DNA of 64,000 nucleotides from an uncultured bacterium (GTDB lineage Bacteria; Chlamydiota; Chlamydiia; Chlamydiales; Simkaniaceae): NCBI GenBank assembly GCA_964350675.1, contig CAYGKJ010000007.1, positions 17,176 to 81,175 of the forward strand, read 5' to 3'. Shown piece by piece: positions 56,249 to 64,000 of this stretch (position 1 is its first letter; each line of letters starts with the position of its first letter). The notes under the pieces were generated by a model. It saw only the letters and a program-made list of their open reading frames with translations, ran no database searches and was not told where the DNA came from. The position numbers and the translations under genes were made by a program.

Positions 56249-57214
56249 TTAAGCTGATGCAGAAAGTCCGTGAATGGCGAGGGCTAGCGCTCCGAGTTTG
56301 CCGATGTCATTGCCGAGCTGACTGGGCTCAATGCGACAATACTTAAGAGGAACGCCCCACGCAAAGTGAGGAAGCGCCTGTTTTAAAGGATTCATCACAA
56401 GCTCTTTATTATGCGTTGCGATGGTTCCAAGAATGATCGCATCAGGGTTTAGGGTTTGCAAGAGAACCCCGATTCCCTGTGCTAGACGATCAATATACTC
56501 TTCCCATACCTCTAAAGCAAAAGGATCGCTTTGCTTAACTGCGGCAAGAAGCGCTTTCATATCTACAGCTTCCAAACTCCCCGCTATTTTTGTGATTGTT
56601 GTTTTCTTTCCCGCGCGAATTGCCTCTTGAAGTCTATGGGCAACGCTTGCTCCACCGCAAAAGACTTCGAAACATCCTACGAGTCCGCAGGAACATTTAG
56701 GTCCTTTTGGATCGAGGATAAAGTGCCCGACTTCTCCACCTGTATCGGTTCCTCCCTGATGAAGCTTTCCATCAATGATCAAGCCGCCCCCCATTCCTGT
56801 ACTCATCGTGAGATAGATCAGATTATCGACATGCTTTGCGCCTCCGAATTCCCACTCAGCAAGGGCTCCTGCATTCGCATCATTATCCATAAAAACGGGG
56901 CGATCAAGTTTTTCGCGCAGGTATTGAACGATAGGAACATCAACCCACTCCGGAAGATTTGGCGGTGTCAGCATCCGCTCGGTTTTCGTTGAAACAGGTC
57001 CAGGAGCAGCAAGGCCAATGGCTCGAATATCATTAAGTTCTATATTTTCATCGCGAAGAAGATGTCCAATGAGTTCTACAATTTTGGGAAGACCCGTTTC
57101 TGGCCCTCCAAGAGATGCTGTCTCAAGTCTTTTGTGGGCATGAATCACCCCTCCTTCGCTTCCCAAACAAACGGAGACTTTTGTTCCCCCAATATCTATT
57201 CCTATAAGATCCAT
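56249..57214 (-). CDS. glk: ROK-family glucokinase
   Basis: LIGIDIGGTK, DNDANAGALAE and the zinc motif GHFILDPKGPKCSCGLVGCFE are present. Confidence 0.88.
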   Translation of the reverse strand: MDLIGIDIGGTKVSVCLGSEGGVIHAHKRLETASLGGPETGLPKIVELIGHLLRDENIELNDIRAIGLAAPGPVSTKTERMLTPPNLPEWVDVPIVQYLREKLDRPVFMDNDANAGALAEWEFGGAKHVDNLIYLTMSTGMGGGLIIDGKLHQGGTDTGGEVGHFILDPKGPKCSCGLVGCFEVFCGGASVAHRLQEAIRAGKKTTITKIAGSLEAVDMKALLAAVKQSDPFALEVWEEYIDRLAQGIGVLLQTLNPDAIILGTIATHNKELVMNPLKQALPHFAWGVPLKYCRIEPSQLGNDIGKLGALALAIHGLSASA

Positions 57215-57660
57215 TATTCGACAAAGGCTCCCTTATCCGCCAAGTACTTCTTCATCTCGTCTGTTAAGCCACTGCTCTCTCTAAAATCGGTTTTCTTAAC
57301 GTTTGCTCCATGAAAACGGGCATGTGTCAAATCGGCACCTTTAAACTGCGCCTGCTCAAGATGGGCATGTAAAAAATCTGTCCCGCGACAATCTGCATCT
57401 TCTAAATTCGCATTGTCAAGATAAGCCCCTTGAAAATTGACACTCGCAAGCTTTGACCCTTTGAGGTTGGTCTTTTCTAAATTACAGTTTTTTAAGTTAG
57501 AGCCTGTAAAATCCACATGCTTTAAATCCATGCCACTAAGATCAGCGCCCACTAAACTCACATGTTGAAGGTGACGTTTTCCTTCCTTAATTTCTTCCAC
57601 CACTTGCCCGCCGCAACCCACTACGAGGATAGGGATCATAAAAAACACAATCCACTTCAT
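57214..57660 (-). CDS. pentapeptide-repeat lipoprotein
   Basis: The signal peptide has the lipobox ILVVGCGG. About 20 tandem A(D/N)LxX pentapeptides follow (GADLSGMDLKHVDFTGSNLKNCNLEKTNLKGSKL...). The stop overlaps the glk start (TAATG). Confidence 0.8.
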   Translation of the reverse strand: MKWIVFFMIPILVVGCGGQVVEEIKEGKRHLQHVSLVGADLSGMDLKHVDFTGSNLKNCNLEKTNLKGSKLASVNFQGAYLDNANLEDADCRGTDFLHAHLEQAQFKGADLTHARFHGANVKKTDFRESSGLTDEMKKYLADKGAFVE

Positions 57661-57681
57661 TGACTTCTCCTAAAAAAAAGC

Positions 57682-58944
57682 ATGATCTACTATCCTTGTA
57701 ACTTGAGTGCAAGAATTCTGAAAAGGAAAAAAGTGACCCATTTAGACGTTGGCATTTCCATCATCAAAAAGCTCTATGAAGAGGGGTTTACCGCCTACTT
57801 TGCGGGAGGATGGGTGCGTGACTTTTTAATGGATCATCCTTCCGATGATATTGACATCGCCACTGATGCCTCTGTTGAAGACGTGCAAAAAATCTTCCCG
57901 AAAACCATTCCTGTAGGTGTAAACTTTGGAATTGTTATCGTCGTTGAAGAGGGACATCAATTTGAAGTGGCCACTTTTCGGAAAGATCAAGGGTATAAAG
58001 ATGGAAGGCGCCCCATTGGCGTTGAAAAAGCCGACCCTGAAGAGGATGCCAAGCGACGCGACTTTACCATTAATGGAATGTTCTACGATCCCATTAAAAA
58101 AAACCTCTATGACTATATTGGAGGGCAAGAAGATCTCAAGAAAGGAATCATCCGCGCTATTGGGAATCCTCACGAAAGATTTTTAGAAGACCGCCTCCGA
58201 ATGATCCGCGCTGTGCGCTACGCAAGCCGTTTCCACTTTCTTATCGAGAATGAAACCCTAAAAGCACTCCTCGATCATGCGGATCATCTTTTCCCAGCAG
58301 TAGCCATCGAACGCGTATGGAACGAATTTTCAAAGATGGCTCTTTTTTCCAATTTTGATCGGGCCCTAGTTACCCTTCAAAGGCTCAACCTCCTTCCCGT
58401 TATTTTCCCTGCTCTCAAGGAAGTCTCCACTGAAGAGACTGAAAAACGGGTCTCAAAACTCCCTCATTTTCCAGAAGATGCCCCTACTATTTCCCGCATT
58501 TTAGAACTTTTTCCAAACGCATCTCTTGAAGATAAAAAAGCCCTTTGCTCCTACTTAAAACTCTCAAACCAAGATATCCGCTTCGTTGAAACCTACCACC
58601 ATGCCATCGAGATATTTCTCTCTAAAAAAGACAAGGAGCTCTACGAGTGGGCTCACTTCTACGCGAATCCCCTCTATCCCATCTGCCTAAAAATCGCCGC
58701 CATCCACTTCCCCTTAGATGAGCGTCAAACTTTTCTTCAAGAGCACCACATGCGCGCAGACCGGCTTGAAAAAGCAATCCACAAAATCCAAAACAAAACT
58801 CCCTTTCTTTCTTCAAGCGATCTCAAAAAAGCCGGCATTGCTCCAGGCCCCGAAATGGGCGCTCTTCTTAAGCAAGCCGAGCGGATTGCGATTAACGAAA
58901 ACCTCGATTCTCCTGAGGAAATCCTCAAGAAACTATCTCTTTAA
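57682..58944 (+). CDS. CCA-adding enzyme / poly(A) polymerase family nucleotidyltransferase
   Basis: GGWVRDFLM..DDIDIAT (nucleotidyltransferase motif), RRDFTINGMFYD and ERFLEDRLRMIRAVR are present. The start is uncertain; an internal GTG at 57733 is possible. Confidence 0.85.
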   Translation: MIYYPCNLSARILKRKKVTHLDVGISIIKKLYEEGFTAYFAGGWVRDFLMDHPSDDIDIATDASVEDVQKIFPKTIPVGVNFGIVIVVEEGHQFEVATFRKDQGYKDGRRPIGVEKADPEEDAKRRDFTINGMFYDPIKKNLYDYIGGQEDLKKGIIRAIGNPHERFLEDRLRMIRAVRYASRFHFLIENETLKALLDHADHLFPAVAIERVWNEFSKMALFSNFDRALVTLQRLNLLPVIFPALKEVSTEETEKRVSKLPHFPEDAPTISRILELFPNASLEDKKALCSYLKLSNQDIRFVETYHHAIEIFLSKKDKELYEWAHFYANPLYPICLKIAAIHFPLDERQTFLQEHHMRADRLEKAIHKIQNKTPFLSSSDLKKAGIAPGPEMGALLKQAERIAINENLDSPEEILKKLSL

Positions 58945-60701
58945 AGGATTTTGAGAATCACGATCGTAAGATCGTCGTGTTGAGGAGAGCCTTCTGCAAA
59001 AAGGGCGACTTCTTCGATCATATCATCAACGATTTGTTTTGGAGGAAGATCTTTTTTCTCCCGGAAGGAAGTGAGGAGGCGTTCTTCACCAAACATTTCC
59101 ATGCTGTCGTTGTGAGCTTCTACAACACCGTCGGTATAAAGCATCAGTGTATCTCCTGATCTGAGTTGCACTTTGTCTGTTGCGACAGCTTCAAAAGGAA
59201 CCACTCCAAGGGCCATTCCTTTTGTGGTTAGCATTTCAATGCTACCATCAGCTCTTTGAAGAAGGGCGGGGAAATGGCCGCAGTTGGAGTAGTGAAACAG
59301 TTTGGTTTTGGGATCAAAAAAAGCGATAAAGGCTGTGACAAAAACGCCAGTGTCTCCAGTGTCCAGACAAAAGAGGTTGTTTGTTTCGCGAACGATCACA
59401 TCAAGGTCCTCATGAATTTCTCCATAGCTGCGGAGCATACTGCGCACGCTTAGAGAATAGAGACAAGCAGAGATTCCTTTTCCTGAAGTATCCGCGATTG
59501 ATACCATGAGTTGCCCGTTGGTAAGAAAATCATAGAAATCCCCTCCTACTTCCTTGGCGGCAATAAATCGAGCAGCCATGTTAACACCTGGGAACACTGG
59601 GAGCTTTTTTGGCAAAATGGCGGCTTGCACTTCTTCGCCAATGAGAAGCTCTTGTTCATAGGTTTCTTTTTCGAGCCGCTCTTTATGAGCAACCTCTATA
59701 TGCTCATCAAGTGAGCTCACGGTTTCATTAAATATCTCTCCAAGATCATTGATCTCAAACCCCATTGAAACGGGGGTGTACCGTTTTTTTAAATCTCCAT
59801 GTGCCACATGATCCATTATGTGAATGAGTTTACGGAGAGGTTTCCCGAGTTTTTTCGTCAAAATAAGGGCTCCTCCTCCTCCCACAAGGATAATGAGAAC
59901 AAGAACAATGAGTATCTTCATAAAAAAATAGGGAATATCCACGAAATTAATTTGCTCAGGAGCTGAAATAAGGAGGAAAAAGTTGGTTTTAGGAACACTT
60001 TTCTCTTTCGAAATAAATGTTTCATCATTGAGGGAGTATTTTCCTTTAACGGGACAAACAAACTGGTGCCCCTTAAGGTTCTTATTTGTCGATGCAATGA
60101 CCATCCCTTCCCTATCGATTAGGGACGTTGAAGCGGGAGAAATGATATTCTTCTCAATAGGAAAGTTTTTTGATAAGTGAGCCAAGTGAAACACGGTGAT
60201 CCACGCTTCATCGCGCTCTGGGACATAACGGGTGAGATAAAAAACTGGAACAGAGGGTTCCACTACAAATAATATACCCTTTTTGGCTTCGTCAATCAGC
60301 CCTGTAAAGTCCTTGCCCTTAATCCCTGATTTAGACGCCATATCTGAAATATATTGCCCATTCGCCGTTTTTTTAACGTGAAATAGAGCCTCGACTCCGT
60401 CTCTTCTAGCAAGTTCATCAAGTTCACTTTCTGGGTCGGGGATTTTCCGGAGGAGGTATGAAACTTCTGCTAACACCTCCATCTCGCGGGAGATAATACC
60501 CTCGATAAGACCCACCTTTTGATCCATGATCACCTTGAGTATAAAGTTGTTATTATCTTTTTTAACGCGGAGGTCATCAATGTAAAGCAGACCAATTAAT
60601 GTGAGAAGCGGAATAATCAGGAAAAGGGTGGCAATCAGGAAGATACGGGCAGCAAGAGACCCTCCCATGCCACGAAGCTTTTCCTTTTTCTCCCGATTCA
60701 T
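58941..60701 (-). CDS. rsbU: RsbU-like sensor PP2C (SpoIIE) phosphatase with periplasmic domain and HAMP linker
   Basis: The order is N-terminal TM, periplasmic region, second TM, HAMP (GKPLRKLIHIMDHVAHGDL) and a PP2C domain (GGDFYDF, ADTSGKG, LYTDGV, DDLTIVILK). Confidence 0.85.
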   Translation of the reverse strand: MNREKKEKLRGMGGSLAARIFLIATLFLIIPLLTLIGLLYIDDLRVKKDNNNFILKVIMDQKVGLIEGIISREMEVLAEVSYLLRKIPDPESELDELARRDGVEALFHVKKTANGQYISDMASKSGIKGKDFTGLIDEAKKGILFVVEPSVPVFYLTRYVPERDEAWITVFHLAHLSKNFPIEKNIISPASTSLIDREGMVIASTNKNLKGHQFVCPVKGKYSLNDETFISKEKSVPKTNFFLLISAPEQINFVDIPYFFMKILIVLVLIILVGGGGALILTKKLGKPLRKLIHIMDHVAHGDLKKRYTPVSMGFEINDLGEIFNETVSSLDEHIEVAHKERLEKETYEQELLIGEEVQAAILPKKLPVFPGVNMAARFIAAKEVGGDFYDFLTNGQLMVSIADTSGKGISACLYSLSVRSMLRSYGEIHEDLDVIVRETNNLFCLDTGDTGVFVTAFIAFFDPKTKLFHYSNCGHFPALLQRADGSIEMLTTKGMALGVVPFEAVATDKVQLRSGDTLMLYTDGVVEAHNDSMEMFGEERLLTSFREKKDLPPKQIVDDMIEEVALFAEGSPQHDDLTIVILKIL

Positions 60702-60731
60702 GCTATACTTCCCCTAAAAGCGGTTAGTTTT

Positions 60732-61487
60732 ATGGTAACAAAAGAAATTAAGAGTTTACAACACCCCATTGTCAAGCATCTTGTTAAACTCCGGAAAGAG
60801 AAGAGGTACCGAGAAGAAAAAAGGTCTCTTCTCCTTGAAGGGAAGAAAATGGTTTGTGAGTATCCGGGGGAAGTGGATCTGCTCCTCACCACCAGAGGAG
60901 CAAGCATTCCTGATCATGTTTCTCCAAAGATGCGCTTTGTTGTTCCTTCTGAAATTATTGAGAAAATTGCTGGAATGTCTTCTCCTGAGCCGTTCCTTGC
61001 TGAAGTCCCTCTTCCCTCTCCGCCAAGCCTCGATGGAAAGACGTGTCTCCTTGCCCTAGACAGAATTAGTGATCCAGGAAACCTTGGAACCCTCGTGCGC
61101 ACTGCCTTAGCGTTTGGGTTCGACGGAATTTTCCTCATTGGCTGCACCGACCCATTTTCTCCAAAAGCTCTGCGAGCTGCAAAAGGGGCGACATTTCATC
61201 TGCCTATTCGACATGGCAGCGAAGATGACCTGTTGCAGTTGATTGAGAATAACCGTCTTAACCCTTATGTCGCCGATGCAGGGGGAGAAGCCGTTGCAAT
61301 GCCAGCTCCACTCGTTCTCATTCTTGGAAGTGAATCCCATGGCCCCTGTGAAACACTCAAAAACAGTGGTAAGGCTGTTGCGATTTCAATCGATTCCCAA
61401 ACTGAGTCCTTGAATGTTGCAGTTGCTGGTGGCATCCTAATGAACAAAATTCGAGAAGCGCAGTGCCTAAATTTGACGACTATCTAG
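60732..61487 (+). CDS. TrmH/SpoU-family RNA 2'-O-methyltransferase
   Basis: LDRISDPGNLGTLVRTALAFG, LILGSESHG and LNVAVAGGIL motifs are present. Confidence 0.85.
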   Translation: MVTKEIKSLQHPIVKHLVKLRKEKRYREEKRSLLLEGKKMVCEYPGEVDLLLTTRGASIPDHVSPKMRFVVPSEIIEKIAGMSSPEPFLAEVPLPSPPSLDGKTCLLALDRISDPGNLGTLVRTALAFGFDGIFLIGCTDPFSPKALRAAKGATFHLPIRHGSEDDLLQLIENNRLNPYVADAGGEAVAMPAPLVLILGSESHGPCETLKNSGKAVAISIDSQTESLNVAVAGGILMNKIREAQCLNLTTI

Positions 61488-62593
61488 ATTACGAAGAAAA
61501 TTTCTACAGCGGTGGGAAACGGGAAGACAGAAAAGAACGGCGCGAGACCCAAGCAAAAGACCGATCGAAATATAAAAAAAGTGACCGTGATCAAAAAAAC
61601 CAACAGCTGAGAAAAGAAGAACCTCCTCTTGGCGTAAATGATCTGCGCGGAAGAGTCCTTACGATTTCTCCTGATACGATCACAGTTTCCGCTAAGCACC
61701 AAACCTATTTCTGCTCACTCAAAGGAGCTCTTAAAAAAACAAAGACAAAACAAAAAAACCTGTTTGCCGTTGGTGACTGGGTCCATTTTGAAAAAAAGAG
61801 CGCTGACTCAGGAGCCATTCATCATATTGAAAAACGGACCTCGACACTCGTACGTGCAGAAAATCTATCGCGTAGAAAAACACAATTGATTGCAGCAAAC
61901 ATCGATCAGGTTTTTATTGTCATGTCCCTTGTCTCTCCAAAGTTTAAACCCCTTCTTGTGGATCGGTATATCCTTTCAGCGAAGAAAGGAAACATGCAGC
62001 CTATTGTGATTATTAACAAAACCGATCTGTTAATAGATCCTCCTGAAAACATTTTAGAAGAAGAAATCGACGCTGAAAAAATTCTACTCGAAGAGTTTTT
62101 AGAAGCTTATCGCCCCTTAGAAATCCCTGTTGTAACACTTAGTGTTTCTACTGGAGAGGGCCTTAAGAAACTTAAAGAACTTATGGAAAACAAAACTTCC
62201 GTATTTTCAGGACAATCAGGAGTAGGGAAATCCTCTTTGATTAATGCTGTTTTAGGAAGTGCCCTTCCGATCGGCCCCATCGCCCTAAAAACAAACAAGG
62301 GATCTCATACAACCACAGCAGCTGAACTGATTCCCCTTGCGAATGAAGCCTTTTGCATTGACACTCCCGGAATTAAAAGTTTCGGTCTTTGGGAGAATGA
62401 TCCCGTAGCAGTTCTTGAAATCTTTTCCGATTTTATCCCCTTCGCAAAAAACTGCAGGTTTCCCAACTGCACCCACATTCATGAGCCGGACTGCGGCATT
62501 AAAAAAGCTCTCGAAGAGGAAAAACTTTCCCCCTTACGCTATGCATCATACGCCGCATTGCTTGAAGATACTCCTCCAAAAGAGTGGGAATAA
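61463..62593 (+). CDS. rsgA: ribosome small-subunit-dependent GTPase A with charged N-terminal extension
   Basis: An OB region is followed by NKTDL (G4), GQSGVGKSSLIN (G1), DTPG (G3) and the zinc motif CRFPNCTHIHEPDC, a circularly permuted GTPase order. The first 60 or so aa are K/R/E/D-rich. Confidence 0.88.
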   Translation: MPKFDDYLDYEENFYSGGKREDRKERRETQAKDRSKYKKSDRDQKNQQLRKEEPPLGVNDLRGRVLTISPDTITVSAKHQTYFCSLKGALKKTKTKQKNLFAVGDWVHFEKKSADSGAIHHIEKRTSTLVRAENLSRRKTQLIAANIDQVFIVMSLVSPKFKPLLVDRYILSAKKGNMQPIVIINKTDLLIDPPENILEEEIDAEKILLEEFLEAYRPLEIPVVTLSVSTGEGLKKLKELMENKTSVFSGQSGVGKSSLINAVLGSALPIGPIALKTNKGSHTTTAAELIPLANEAFCIDTPGIKSFGLWENDPVAVLEIFSDFIPFAKNCRFPNCTHIHEPDCGIKKALEEEKLSPLRYASYAALLEDTPPKEWE

Positions 62594-62609
62594 ATTCTCG
62601 GTTTTGTAA

Positions 62610-63866
<1,257 letters not shown>

Positions 63867-63893
63867 AACCCATCTCTTAGATATGGAGATGGT

Positions 63894-64000
63894 ATGGCAC
63901 GACAAACTGTAGCTTTATTTGGAGAGGCAGAAAAGGGAGAAATCGGCTTTCCTCTTTTGATGAAAACTCTCCCCCATCTTAATGATACGTTAGGACATCC
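63894..64000 (+). CDS. 5' end of an unidentified ORF running off the window
   Basis: ATG 63894 opens MARQTVALFGEAEKGEIGFPLLMKTLPHLNDTLGH.. with no stop before the window edge. It is too short to assign. Confidence 0.25.
   Translation, partial: MARQTVALFGEAEKGEIGFPLLMKTLPHLNDTLGH

Overview
This window looks like a chromosomal segment from a member of the Chlamydiae, probably an environmental, non-Chlamydiaceae lineage; that placement is inference. Diagnostic genes are an EUO late-gene-repressor homologue, a fused 1518-aa SecDF, a Mip-like FKBP, RsbU, NTT nucleotide transporters and a MOMP-like beta-barrel protein. From memory, and to be verified, several blocks keep the Chlamydia trachomatis gene order: hisS-aspS-mip-trmL-trxA; plsC-cmk-cdsA-uppS; secDF-recJ ... 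euo-tsp-gltX; cysJ-ispF; sohB-polA-coaE-rho; rsbU-eno. I call about 58 protein-coding genes, mostly tightly packed housekeeping operons with overlapping stop/start codons. I saw no rRNA, tRNA, CRISPR array, transposase or integrase. Accessory or unusual content, in order of interest: (1) a tandem pair of eukaryote-type USP (C19) deubiquitinase-like genes next to a small XRE regulator, inserted between two conserved blocks, and one copy has an Inc-like hydrophobic N-terminus; (2) a tandem duplication of an NTT nucleotide transporter that includes its promoter and a roughly 165-nt leader with a conserved 11-codon uORF; (3) four decayed loci: a multiply frameshifted HAD hydrolase, a HIT gene with an in-frame TGA at the conserved Trp codon, an N-terminally truncated and frameshifted gene flanked by an inverted copy of its own fragment, and a MOMP-like remnant with a TAG straight after its signal peptide; (4) lineage-specific putative membrane or secreted proteins: an Inc-like protein, a MOMP-like porin, a glycosyltransferase, orphans and a pentapeptide-repeat lipoprotein. 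All calls rest on motif recognition by eye. No database search, alignment statistic or structure prediction was run, and similarity statements are qualitative.
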